Of a stretch of 64,000 bases of DNA, positions 50,759 through 60,438 are shown piece by piece; the first letter of the stretch is position 1, and every line of letters begins with the position of its first letter. Location of the stretch: positions 196,326 to 260,325 of the forward strand of contig CAVZMW010000003.1 in NCBI GenBank assembly GCA_963776495.1, given 5' to 3'. The DNA comes from an uncultured Acidobacteriota bacterium (GTDB taxonomy: Bacteria > Acidobacteriota > Vicinamibacteria > Vicinamibacterales > Fen-181). The notes under the pieces are model-generated. The model worked only from the letters and a program-made list of their open reading frames with translations. It did not search any database and was not told the origin of the DNA. The position numbers and the translations under genes were made by a program.

Positions 50759-52828
50759 CTACCGGCCGCTGAAGCCAATCACCTGCGGCTGCGTCGTCGA
50801 GAGGACGGTCGGCCCGGAACAGAAGTTGAAATACGTGACCGTCCAGGTGCCGTTGAGCGGTTCACCGTAGAAGGCGTTGGACAGGATCCGGAATCCGATC
50901 GCCGACGTCTGCAGGAACCCGTTGCCCGCGTGCAGCACGATCGACCTGGTGCCGGACGGCGACACGACCTCGATCTGGTTGCACTGGATCGCCTGGGTCT
51001 GGCCGATGTTCGGGAAGAGGACCACGTGCTCGACGGTGGTGAACGGCTCCGACACGTTCGCGAGCATCGAGAGCCCGGCCGATGACAGGGCCGGCACGGT
51101 CATTCCCTGGACCGAGGGCCAGTAGTAGTTGCTCGACTCCCGGATCGCCGGCAGCGTCGCCGTGTAGGTCTTCGCCATCGCGACCGCGGCCGCCGCGTCG
51201 ACGGCGCCGAACCCGTACCAGTTCGAGAACCAGAAGCCGGCCGCGTTCTTCACCCATCCCTGGTCGAGGGTGATCGTCTTCCCGGGCAGGATGGCGCCCG
51301 TCGAGACGGGCCCGCGGCTGGCGTCGACCTTCCGGGCGGTCTTCGCGAGGATGTACTTGACGTCGCGCCACCCGAGATTCGGGTTCGCCTCCAGCATGAG
51401 CGCGATGGTGCCGCTCGTGCTCGGCGCCGCGGAGCTGGTGCCGTTCATGACCGCCGTGTACTGGCAGTTGGCGGCGAGCGGGTTGAGGCCGCGGTTGTCG
51501 AGCGCGTTGCGCGGCTGCGGGTAGTTGGTGTTGGCGCAGCCGCCCCGGTTCGTCGTGACGATCGCCGGCTTGAAGACGTTCGGGTTGGTGCTCGAGACGA
51601 AGCCGGAATCGAACCCGTATTCGCCCCCCGGCGCCGACACCCACAGCGCCGACCCGGCCGACGAGTAGCTCGCCTTGACCCCGTCGGCATTGATCGCGCC
51701 GACGATCACCGGCGTGTAGCCGCCCAGCCGCGTGTCGTACATGGGATCGCCGCAGCTGACGCCGTACGTGTTCGCGAGCGTGCAGGCGCCCGTGCCCGGG
51801 AGGCTCTCCCAGTCCAGGTAGTCGTTGCCGGCGGCGTTCACCAGCACCGCCCCGAGTCCGCCGCGCAGCGTCTGCAGGTTGGCCTGGACCGCGGTCAGCG
51901 AACTGTCCTGCGGCGGCAGGACGGGCGCGGCGTTCGTGATGTCGAAGCTCGCGTTGAAGATCGCGTTGTCGGCGGACGCGGTCATGCCCCCCATCGCCAT
52001 CGCGTAGTTGGCGACGGTGAAGTTGTCGGCCAGCAGGTTGTACCCGCGCAACCGCGCGTTGTAGGCGATGCCGCGCCCTCCCTTGCCGTTGAAGGCCACC
52101 GCGGCGACGATCCCGGCGACCGCCGTACCGTGGTCGAACCCGATGTCGCTCGTGGCGCGCGTCGGGTCGCTCGTGCCGGTCGTGAAGTTGTAGGAGTGCG
52201 CGAGGTCGACGTTCGCCGCGAGATCTTCGTGCGCCGCCTCGAGGCCGCTGTCCACCACGGCCACTTTCACGCCCTGGCCCGAGTACCCCGCCGCCCACGC
52301 GCCGGCCACGTTCAAGTCGTTCCCGGCCACCGGCAGCGTGGAGGAGAAGGCCGACCTGCCCGCGTTCTGGAGATGCCACTGGTAGCCGACCAGCGGGTCG
52401 CCCTGCAGCCGCACCGTCACCAGTTCGCTGGCGGACGATCCGCCGTTCGACACGTTGACCGAAAACGAATCGGTGGTCGGGGTGACCAGCCCCGCGACCG
52501 AGTAGGTGAACACGCCGGTCGAGGCGTTGAGCGTCACGGTGCCGACCGTCGGCGCGCCCGCGACCGCGTACGTCAGCGTCCGCCCCTGGGGGTCGGACGC
52601 CGACACGGTGCCGGACACGCTGGACGTGGAGATCCCGATGAGGTTCAGGGTGACCGAGATCGGCTGGACGATGGGCGGGCTGGTGCCGGCCGAGCCGGAG
52701 CCGCCACCGCACGCCGCGAGCGCCAGCGACACGGCTGCACACGCGGTCAGGGCGGCAAGACGGCGCCTCCCGAAACGCAGCCGACCGCCGTCATGTTGTC
52801 TTGGGGGGAAATCCGCCGCCAACCTCAT
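50759..52828 (-). CDS. Kexin-like S8 serine protease (Aeromonas ASP-like), lipoprotein with Ig/cadherin-like and P-like domains; start uncertain
   Basis: Lipobox LAAC; YQWHLQN, VVDSGL, HGTAVAG, AAGND, MNGTSSAAP, YGFGAVDA. Confidence 0.9.
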   Translation of the reverse strand: MRLAADFPPRQHDGGRLRFGRRRLAALTACAAVSLALAACGGGSGSAGTSPPIVQPISVTLNLIGISTSSVSGTVSASDPQGRTLTYAVAGAPTVGTVTLNASTGVFTYSVAGLVTPTTDSFSVNVSNGGSSASELVTVRLQGDPLVGYQWHLQNAGRSAFSSTLPVAGNDLNVAGAWAAGYSGQGVKVAVVDSGLEAAHEDLAANVDLAHSYNFTTGTSDPTRATSDIGFDHGTAVAGIVAAVAFNGKGGRGIAYNARLRGYNLLADNFTVANYAMAMGGMTASADNAIFNASFDITNAAPVLPPQDSSLTAVQANLQTLRGGLGAVLVNAAGNDYLDWESLPGTGACTLANTYGVSCGDPMYDTRLGGYTPVIVGAINADGVKASYSSAGSALWVSAPGGEYGFDSGFVSSTNPNVFKPAIVTTNRGGCANTNYPQPRNALDNRGLNPLAANCQYTAVMNGTSSAAPSTSGTIALMLEANPNLGWRDVKYILAKTARKVDASRGPVSTGAILPGKTITLDQGWVKNAAGFWFSNWYGFGAVDAAAAVAMAKTYTATLPAIRESSNYYWPSVQGMTVPALSSAGLSMLANVSEPFTTVEHVVLFPNIGQTQAIQCNQIEVVSPSGTRSIVLHAGNGFLQTSAIGFRILSNAFYGEPLNGTWTVTYFNFCSGPTVLSTTQPQVIGFSGR

Positions 52829-53073
52829 CGCCGGGCCTCCGTCGGCCGAACACAGAACGCGACCCGGCTCCGAGGATGGCCACGGGGAAGCCCCTCTCCC
52901 GGACGGCACCGCCGCTGGTCGCCCAGAGGCTTGCTGGATCTGGTATCGGACGGCGACGCATCAATCGATAGTCGTGGGCGCGCTGAGGCGTGCGCGCGCC
53001 CGGCCCGCTCAGCCGTTCAAGAAGTCCGCGAACCCGCCCGCGGAAGCGGTTGTCGAGTACGGCGATGAACCCC

Positions 53074-53101
53074 TTGACGATATAGCGTACCGTGCTATAG
53101 T
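53074..53101 (+). promoter_or_regulatory. sigma70 promoter TTGACG-N16-TATAGT with inverted repeat TATAGC-N7-GCTATA (53081-53099)
   Basis: Directly upstream of the second padR. Confidence 0.65.
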
Positions 53102-53128
53102 GCGGGGCGATCGTTCCGAAGGTGTTCA

Positions 53129-53494
53129 ATGCCTCATGAAGACGTCGCGACCTTCCTCCCGCTCTCCCCTGCGGTCTTTCACGTCATGGTGTCGCTGGCC
53201 GACGGCTCTCGTCATGGCTACGCCATTATCAAGGACGTCGCCGAACGGACCGGCGGGGCCGAGCGCCTGGGCGCCGGCACGCTCTACGCCATCATCAAGC
53301 GCCTGCTCGCTGACGACCTCATCACGGAAATACCCTCGACTGAGCACGACGAGTGCGGGGACCAGCGTCGCCGGTACTACAGGCTTACTTCGCTCGGCCG
53401 CAGAGTGGCGACCGCCGAAGCGAAACGGCTGGAACGCGCGGTCGCATCAGCGCGCTCGTCCCGCTTGCTCCCAACGCCGAACCCAGCTCACTGA
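53129..53494 (+). CDS. PadR family regulator
   Basis: HGYAIIKDV, GTLYAIIKRL, RRYYRLTSLGR. Confidence 0.93.
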   Translation: MPHEDVATFLPLSPAVFHVMVSLADGSRHGYAIIKDVAERTGGAERLGAGTLYAIIKRLLADDLITEIPSTEHDECGDQRRRYYRLTSLGRRVATAEAKRLERAVASARSSRLLPTPNPAH

Positions 53495-53503
53495 GGGACC
53501 ATC

Positions 53504-56257
53504 ATGCCTGCCGCAGAACGGCGCGGGCCGTCCGGTGTACGGCGCTTCTATCGCGCGCTCTTGCGCCTGCTTCCGTTCGAGTTCCGGGCGGAGTTCGGGC
53601 AAGACATGGAGCAGGCGTTCTCGGACGAACAGGAAGACGTCCTGACGCGTCGGAAGCGCACGCAGGTTCTCGGCTTCTGGCTCCGCACGCTCGTCGATTT
53701 CGCCCGCACGGCGCCTCGTGAACAGTGGGACATCCTGCGTCAGGACCTGCGAGCTGGCGCGAGACTGCTCGCCCGCAGCCCCGGCTTTGCGATAACCGCC
53801 ATCCTGACGCTGGCCCTCGGCATCGGTGGCAGCACGAGCATCTTCTCGGTTGTCTATGCCGTTGTGCTGCGTCCGCTCGCCTTCCCGCAATCCGAGCGCG
53901 TGGTCGATGTGGGATGGGGAAGCGCGGAACAGGCGGGTGGCGCACCCGCGGTCCTCCGTCCGGTATCGCTCTCCGCTCTTCAGGCCTTGCGGGAGAGATG
54001 CAAGTCGTTCGACGTGATCGCCGCGACGCAGCACGACTCTCTCTCGTCGGATCGAGGCGCGCTGTACGTGCGATTGCCCGACTCCGAGCTGAGTGGTGTC
54101 GGACCGGGTTTCGTCCCGCCGATGATGGCCTCCGCCTCGTTCTTCAAGCTGCTTGGCGTCTCGGCCGTGCTCGGCCGCCTGCCCGACGAACGCGACGAAC
54201 AGCCCGGAGCCACTCCGGTCGCGGTCCTCAGCTACAGCACCTGGACGTCCGTATACGGCCGGGACGCGAAGGTGATTGGCCGGACGCTCGTCCGGCATCT
54301 CGCCCACGATCGTCGGAAGTCGGTGACGATCGTGGGTGTGCTCGCAGCAGGCGCCTTGAAGGGCCTGGGGTGGGATGGACCCGAAGTGTCCGCGGTGGCC
54401 TCGCTCGACGCCGACACGATGCGCGACGGGACCGGACGCGACATTTCCTCGTTGTACGTCTACGCCCGGCTTGCGCCGGGCGTCTCTGTCGGCGCAGCCC
54501 GCGCGGAACTCGCCACGCTCACGCCGCGCCTCGCGCCTTCGCCGCCGAAGACGGCCGCGAACATCACGGCATCGCTGCGCGCCAATCTGCTTCGCGACGA
54601 ACGCGTCGGCCGGGTCCGGGCGCCATTGGTCTTGTTTCTCTGGGCGGTCCTGGGGCTGCTGCTCGTGGCCTGCGTGAACGTCAGCAGCCTGGTGCTCGCG
54701 CGCACGATCTCCCGGCGCCACGAGTTCGCGGCCCGCTTTGCTCTCGGCGCACGGCCGTTTCGCGTGGCCCGCCAACTGCTCACCGAGAGCGCGATTCTCT
54801 CGGCGTCCGGCGGCATCACGGGACTTGCGCTGGCGTGGGCCGGCTGGCGGGCGTTCATGGCCATCAGCCCGTCGATGCCGCGGTTGAACGACTCGGGAAT
54901 TGGGATGCCCGCCCTGCTGTTCGCACTGGCAGCGGTCCTCCTGGCCACGTGCGTGTCCGCGCTGGTGCCCGCATGGCTGTCGTCGCGGCGAGCCGTCGCG
55001 GACGGACTGCGGCGCGCCGGCGGCGCGCATGCAGCCGCAACCGGGTTCTCCAGGCCGCTCGCCCTGCTGGCAGCAGCCGAAGTCGCAACCGTGCTGGTGC
55101 TGCTTGCGGGAACCGGACTTCTCGTCAACAGCTTCGCCCGTCTCGTCGCATCCGATCTGGGATTTGACGCCCGGTCGATCGTGATGGTCACAATCACACA
55201 TAACCTGCCAGACGAAGGAACATCGCGACAGGCGCCCGGTGGCAACGAGCAGCACACGGTGGCGGTGCTGTCCGCGCGCCAGCGCAAGGCCGCTGCCATC
55301 GGCGACGAGATCACGCAGCGAATTGCGGCAATCCCTGGTGTCGCGGCGGTCGCCCTCACGGGCGACGATCCGTTCGGACTGCCGTGCCGCTACTCCGACG
55401 CCCGGATTGAAGACGCCGACCCACCCGTCGATGCGGACCGGCGAGTCGCCAGTCCAGCCGCCCTCGATGCCCTTGGCCTGCGCGTGATCAGCGGTCGCTG
55501 GTTCGGCCGTGACGATCGCGAGGGCATGCCGCTGGTAGCTGTCGTCAACGAGACGATGGCCAAGAGGCTCTGGAACGCGCGCAGTGCAGTCGGAGGGCGG
55601 TTCCTCGAGGGTCGCCTGACCAGGCGGGTCGTCGGCGTTGTCGGCGACGTTCATAACTTCGGTGCGCGCCGACACGCCGCGCCCGCGTTCTACATCCCGA
55701 CGTCGCAGGCATATCCGGATCCGGTGATGCTGGTCGTGCGCAAGCGGCCCGGCGCAATCGGAGTGGGCAACCTCGTGGCCGCGGAACTCGCGAAGATCGG
55801 AAACCGAATCGAGGCAGGAGCTCCGCGTCAGCTCGAGAACATCTGGTGGAGGCAGCTTTCAGACGCCAGGTTCCTCGCGCTGGTCGTTTCCGTGTTCAGC
55901 CTGATCGCACTGGCCATCGCAGTGGTCGGCGTGCACGGGGTGCTGCGCTTCTCCGTGGCCCAACGAACGCGCGAGATGGGAATTCGCAAGGCGCTTGGCG
56001 CCACCGACGCCGACCTCGTGACGCTCGTCATCGGTCAGGCGCTCCGGTTCACCCTGCCGGCCTGTCTGGTCGGGCTTGTGGCCGCCTGGGCGGCGGGGCC
56101 CGCCATTCGCTCGCTGCTATTCGGTGTCACCCCGACCGATCCGCTGACGATGGTGATCGCCGTCGTGCTTCTCGTCGCGGCTGTCGTCGTTGCGGCTTAT
56201 TTTCCCGCGCGGCGCGCGAGCGCCGTCGATCCGTCGCTGTCGCTCAAGTGCGAATAG
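53504..56257 (+). CDS. ADOP-type duplicated ABC permease
   Basis: FYRALLRLLPFEFRAEFG prefix, QDLRAGARLL, LLVACVNV, RTREMGIRKALGA. Confidence 0.9.
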   Translation: MPAAERRGPSGVRRFYRALLRLLPFEFRAEFGQDMEQAFSDEQEDVLTRRKRTQVLGFWLRTLVDFARTAPREQWDILRQDLRAGARLLARSPGFAITAILTLALGIGGSTSIFSVVYAVVLRPLAFPQSERVVDVGWGSAEQAGGAPAVLRPVSLSALQALRERCKSFDVIAATQHDSLSSDRGALYVRLPDSELSGVGPGFVPPMMASASFFKLLGVSAVLGRLPDERDEQPGATPVAVLSYSTWTSVYGRDAKVIGRTLVRHLAHDRRKSVTIVGVLAAGALKGLGWDGPEVSAVASLDADTMRDGTGRDISSLYVYARLAPGVSVGAARAELATLTPRLAPSPPKTAANITASLRANLLRDERVGRVRAPLVLFLWAVLGLLLVACVNVSSLVLARTISRRHEFAARFALGARPFRVARQLLTESAILSASGGITGLALAWAGWRAFMAISPSMPRLNDSGIGMPALLFALAAVLLATCVSALVPAWLSSRRAVADGLRRAGGAHAAATGFSRPLALLAAAEVATVLVLLAGTGLLVNSFARLVASDLGFDARSIVMVTITHNLPDEGTSRQAPGGNEQHTVAVLSARQRKAAAIGDEITQRIAAIPGVAAVALTGDDPFGLPCRYSDARIEDADPPVDADRRVASPAALDALGLRVISGRWFGRDDREGMPLVAVVNETMAKRLWNARSAVGGRFLEGRLTRRVVGVVGDVHNFGARRHAAPAFYIPTSQAYPDPVMLVVRKRPGAIGVGNLVAAELAKIGNRIEAGAPRQLENIWWRQLSDARFLALVVSVFSLIALAIAVVGVHGVLRFSVAQRTREMGIRKALGATDADLVTLVIGQALRFTLPACLVGLVAAWAAGPAIRSLLFGVTPTDPLTMVIAVVLLVAAVVVAAYFPARRASAVDPSLSLKCE

Positions 56258-56344
56258 CGTGCGGCCGACGGCGCTGCCACTTTCGATCGCGTACTTCCCC
56301 GCCTCGGTGGCGCGCACGAAGCTCGCCACGTCGTCGTGACTCTG

Positions 56345-56447
56345 CGACGACGTACAAGGCGTGCCGTGGCACGGGTTCCGTCGTTCGATCGCCGGGTGAT
56401 CGTCTCCTCGCACGAAGGACAGGAGACCGTCCGGGCCGTGCCGTTCG
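56345..56447 (+). pseudogene. Uma2 remnant with in-frame core deletion
   Basis: VARVPSFDR is fused directly to VIVSSHEGQETVRAVPF; the -10 has decayed to TACAAG. Confidence 0.75.
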
Positions 56448-56633
56448 TGACTCCGGCAGGGCGACCCGTTAGGGTCGCCGGTGGCTCCGCGGCCGAGAGA
56501 GAACAGGTTCGAGTCCGCTGTCCGCAAGGCGCGCGACTCTTCTTCGAGAGGGAATCTGTTCACCTGGCCGGGTCGACGCGGTCAAACAGGGCGAACCGGA
56601 TCGCGGCGCTGGTCGGCGGCGTATACTGGCGGC

Positions 56634-56831
56634 ATGGAATTCCGACTCCAGCGGGTCCTGCGGGTGACCAGCGCCGCAGCGCACGCGGCCGGAACCGAGG
56701 GCCGGGACTACTGGCGTTCGAGGCCTGTCGAGGAACGCCTGGCCGCTGTAGAGTTCCTGCGGAGACAGCACGATGGAGCTCGCGCGAGACTTCGACGAGT
56801 TCTTCGGCTCGTTGATCGCCCACAGCGTTGA
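56634..56831 (+). CDS. Small hypothetical protein, partner of the nucleotidyltransferase
   Basis: TATACT 6 nt before ATG 56634; DYWRSRPVEERLAAVEFLRRQ; overlaps the NTase by 59 nt. Confidence 0.7.
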   Translation: MEFRLQRVLRVTSAAAHAAGTEGRDYWRSRPVEERLAAVEFLRRQHDGARARLRRVLRLVDRPQR

Positions 56832-57219
56832 CTTCCTGGTCATCGGCGCATACGCCCTGGCCTACCACGGTGCGCCCCGCTTCACGGGCGACATCGACGT
56901 CTTCGTCCGCCCGAGCAAGGACAACGCGTCACACCTCCTCGAAGCCTTGGCCACATTCGGTTTTCCGACCGGGGACCTTCGGCCGGAGGATCTGACCAAT
57001 CCGGACCGCATCCTGCAGATGGGAGTCGAACCGGTCCAGATCCACGTGATGAATGCGATCAGCGGTGTGTCATGGGATGAGGCGTGGGCTGGCCGGCAGA
57101 CCGGGCGGTGCGGCTCCCACGACCTGCCGTTCATCGGACGACGCGAGTTCGTCAAGAACAAGCGCGCGTCCGGCCGGCTGAAGGACCTCGCCGACATCGA
57201 AGCACTCGACGATCAGTGA
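56773..57219 (+). CDS. Minimal Pol-beta-fold nucleotidyltransferase family protein
   Basis: LVIGAYAL...RFTGDIDVFV, KRASGRLKDLADIEAL. Confidence 0.88.
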   Translation: MELARDFDEFFGSLIAHSVDFLVIGAYALAYHGAPRFTGDIDVFVRPSKDNASHLLEALATFGFPTGDLRPEDLTNPDRILQMGVEPVQIHVMNAISGVSWDEAWAGRQTGRCGSHDLPFIGRREFVKNKRASGRLKDLADIEALDDQ

Positions 57220-57286
57220 ACCTCCAGTTCTCACACGCCGGCGACCGGCGTAAGGCGCAGGGCGTAAGGCGCGGGCCCTCCGCCCC

Positions 57287-60200
57287 CTACTCGCTCACCA
57301 CGGTCGGCTGCGCCTGGGGAACCGTCCGACCGCGCGACGCCAGCCACGTCTGCAGCTGCGCCATGTAGGTGAAGAAGACAGGCGTGAGATAGAGCGTCAC
57401 GATCTGCGAGAACATCAACCCGCCGACGACGACCAGGCCGAGCGGGCGCCTGGCGTCTCCACCCGCCCCGAATCCCACCGCGATCGGCACCGCGCCCAGG
57501 GCCGCGGCCATCGTGGTCATCATGATCGGGCGGAACCGGATCAGGCACCCCGAGTAGATCGCCTCCTCGGGCGATTGCCCTTCCCGCTCGGCTTCCAGCG
57601 CGAAGTCGATCTGCATGATGGCGTTCTTCTCCACGATGCCGATCAGCATGATCATGCCGACAAACGCGTAGATGTTCAGATCCATGCGGAACAGGATCAG
57701 GGTGAGGAGGGCGCCGAAGGCGGCCGACGGCAGGCCCGAGAGAATCGTCAGCGGGTGGATGTAGCTCTCGTACAGGATGCCGAGCACGATGTAGACGACG
57801 AGCACGGCGATGATCAGCAGGACGGCGAGGTTCGAGAGCGCGCCCTGGAACGCGGCCGCCGCGCCCTGGAACTGACCCGTCACGCCGTCGGGCACGGTGT
57901 CTTTCGTCACCTGCGCCACCCGGCTCAGCGCGTCGCCGAGCGAGGCGCCCCGCGCCAGCCCGAACGACACCGTGACGGCCGGCAACTGGCCGTAGTGGTT
58001 CACGGTTTGCGGGCCGACCTGCTGCGTCAGCTTCGCCAGCGTGTCGAGCGGCACCACCGGGCTGTTCGCCCCGCTGCCCTTGAAGTAGAGCATCGAGAGG
58101 GCGCTCGGGTCCTGCTGGAACTCCGGGGCGAGCTCGAGCAGGACCTTGTACTCGTTGACCGACCCGTAGATGGTCGAGACCCACCGCGGCCCGTACGCGT
58201 CGTAGAACGCGCTCTCGATCTGGTTCGCGGTCACGCCGAGCGCCGCGGCCTTGTCGCGGTCGATCTCGACGCCGACCTGCGGGCTGGTGATCTGCAGGTC
58301 GCTCGTCACGTCCTGAAGGCCGGGGAGCGCCGCCAGCGCCGACTGCAGCTTGCGGGCGGCCGCGTACAGCGCCGGCTTGTCCGGCGACTGCATCGAGAAC
58401 TGGTACAGGCTCTTGCTGACCTGGGCGCCGATGCGGACGGTCGGGGGATTCTGCATGAAGACGCGCATGCCGGGGATCTTCTCGACCTGCGGCCGCAGCT
58501 CTTCCATGACCTCGTCCACCGAGAGGCTCCGCGCGTCCCGCGGCTTGAGCGTGACCACGATCTGCCCCAGGTTCGGTCCGCCCAGGGTCATCGAGGCGCT
58601 GCCGCCGATGGTCGACACCAGCCCCTCGACGTTGGGGTCGCGCCTGATGACGTTGGCCACCTCGTCCTGGTACTCGACCAGCTTGCCGTAGGCGGTGCCC
58701 TGCGCGGCCTCGGTGACGACGGCGATCTGGGAGGCGTCCTGGTCCGGGATGAAGCCCTTGGGCACGACGAGGAAGAGGACGCCGGTCGTGAGGAGCATCA
58801 CGACGAAGGTGACCATCGTCGCCGCGCGGTGCCGCATGACGACCCGCAGCGATCGGCCGTAGGCATCGCGCCACGCGGTGAAGGCGCGCTCGGTGACCTC
58901 GTAGAACCCCGAGCGGCCGCCGCCCTGGCGGCGCGGGCGCGGCTTCCTCAGGAAGCGGCTGCAGAGCATCGGCGTCAGGGTCACCGACACCACGCCCGAG
59001 ATGAGAATCGCGACGCAGATGGTGACCGAGAACTCGCGGAACAGCCGGCCGAGCACGCCGCCCATGAAGAGCACGGGAATGAACACGGCCGCCAGCGACA
59101 GCGTCATCGACACGATCGTGAAGCCGATCTCGCGGGAGCCGACAAACGCCGCCTCGAGCGGCTCCTGGCCCATCTCGACGTGCCGGAAGATGTTCTCGAG
59201 CATCACGATCGCGTCGTCCACGACGAAGCCGACCGAGAGGATGAGCGCCATCATCGACAGGTTGTCGAGGCTGTAGTTCAGGAAGTACATCGCCGAAAAC
59301 GTGCCGATGATCGAGAACGGCAGCGCGAGGCTCGGGATCGCCGTCGCCCAGGCGTTGCGCAGGAACACGAAGATCACCAGGATCACGAGCCCCAGCGTCA
59401 GCCCCATCGTGAACTGCACGTCGTGGAACGACTCGCGGATCGAGTTGGCGCGGTCGTACAGCGTGTCCATGTGCACGCTGGCGGGCAGCTCGGCGCGCAG
59501 CCTCGGCAGCAGCGCCTTCACGGCATCGGAGACCGCGATCGTGTTGGTCCCCGGCTGGCGCTGGATGCCGAGCGTGATGGCGCTCTGCCGGCCGTCGGCG
59601 GTGTAGTACCACGACCCCGTGCGCTGATCCTCGACCCCGTCCACGATGGCGCCGAGCTGCTCGAGCCGCACGGGCGAACCGTTCCGGTACGAGATGATCT
59701 GGTTCCGGAACTCGTCGGCGTTCATCAGCTGTCCGCTCGCCTGCAGGGTGAACACCTGGTGCGGGCCGATGATCGAGCCGGTCGGCACGTTGACGTTCCA
59801 GTTCCGGAGCGCCGCCTCGACCTCGTTGATGCCGATCTGGCGGGCGGCGAGCGCGTGCGGATCGATCTGCGCGTGCATCGCGTACTTCTGGCCGCCCAGC
59901 ACCTGCACCTGCGCGACGCCGGAGACCTGCGAGATCCGCTGCGCGATCCGCGTCTCGGCGTATTCGTCGAGCGTCCACGGCGGCAGCGTCGTCGAGGTGA
60001 CGACCAGGTACAGGATCGGCTGGTCGGCCGGGTTGACCTTGGTGAAGACCGGCGGCGTCGGCATGCCCTGCGGCAGCATGCGCGAGGCCTGCGTGATGGC
60101 GCCCTGCACGTCCACCGCGGCGCCGTCCAGGCTGCGGTCCAGCGCGAACTCGAGCGTGATCTGCGTCGAGCCGAGCGAGTTCACCGAGGTCATCTGCTCG

Positions 60201-60430
60201 AGGCCGGAGATCGTCGAGAACTGGTTCTCGAGCGGCGTCGCCACCGACGCGCCCATCGTCTCCGGGTTGGCGCCGGGCAGCTGCGCCGTGACGAGCAGCG
60301 TCGGGAAGTCCACGTTCGGCAGGTCGCTGACCGGCAGCCCCCGATACGCCACCATGCCGAACAGGGTGATCGCGGCCATGAGCAGGCTGGTCGCAATCGG
60401 CCGCTTGATGAAGCCTTCAGAGATGTTCAC
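57287..60430 (-). CDS. RND efflux permease (MdtB/MdtC-like), second subunit
   Basis: FIKRPIAT, VVDDAIVMLENI, GIVEKNAI, RFRPIMMTT. Confidence 0.95.
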   Translation of the reverse strand: MNISEGFIKRPIATSLLMAAITLFGMVAYRGLPVSDLPNVDFPTLLVTAQLPGANPETMGASVATPLENQFSTISGLEQMTSVNSLGSTQITLEFALDRSLDGAAVDVQGAITQASRMLPQGMPTPPVFTKVNPADQPILYLVVTSTTLPPWTLDEYAETRIAQRISQVSGVAQVQVLGGQKYAMHAQIDPHALAARQIGINEVEAALRNWNVNVPTGSIIGPHQVFTLQASGQLMNADEFRNQIISYRNGSPVRLEQLGAIVDGVEDQRTGSWYYTADGRQSAITLGIQRQPGTNTIAVSDAVKALLPRLRAELPASVHMDTLYDRANSIRESFHDVQFTMGLTLGLVILVIFVFLRNAWATAIPSLALPFSIIGTFSAMYFLNYSLDNLSMMALILSVGFVVDDAIVMLENIFRHVEMGQEPLEAAFVGSREIGFTIVSMTLSLAAVFIPVLFMGGVLGRLFREFSVTICVAILISGVVSVTLTPMLCSRFLRKPRPRRQGGGRSGFYEVTERAFTAWRDAYGRSLRVVMRHRAATMVTFVVMLLTTGVLFLVVPKGFIPDQDASQIAVVTEAAQGTAYGKLVEYQDEVANVIRRDPNVEGLVSTIGGSASMTLGGPNLGQIVVTLKPRDARSLSVDEVMEELRPQVEKIPGMRVFMQNPPTVRIGAQVSKSLYQFSMQSPDKPALYAAARKLQSALAALPGLQDVTSDLQITSPQVGVEIDRDKAAALGVTANQIESAFYDAYGPRWVSTIYGSVNEYKVLLELAPEFQQDPSALSMLYFKGSGANSPVVPLDTLAKLTQQVGPQTVNHYGQLPAVTVSFGLARGASLGDALSRVAQVTKDTVPDGVTGQFQGAAAAFQGALSNLAVLLIIAVLVVYIVLGILYESYIHPLTILSGLPSAAFGALLTLILFRMDLNIYAFVGMIMLIGIVEKNAIMQIDFALEAEREGQSPEEAIYSGCLIRFRPIMMTTMAAALGAVPIAVGFGAGGDARRPLGLVVVGGLMFSQIVTLYLTPVFFTYMAQLQTWLASRGRTVPQAQPTVVSE

Positions 60431-60438
60431 GGGGCCCC

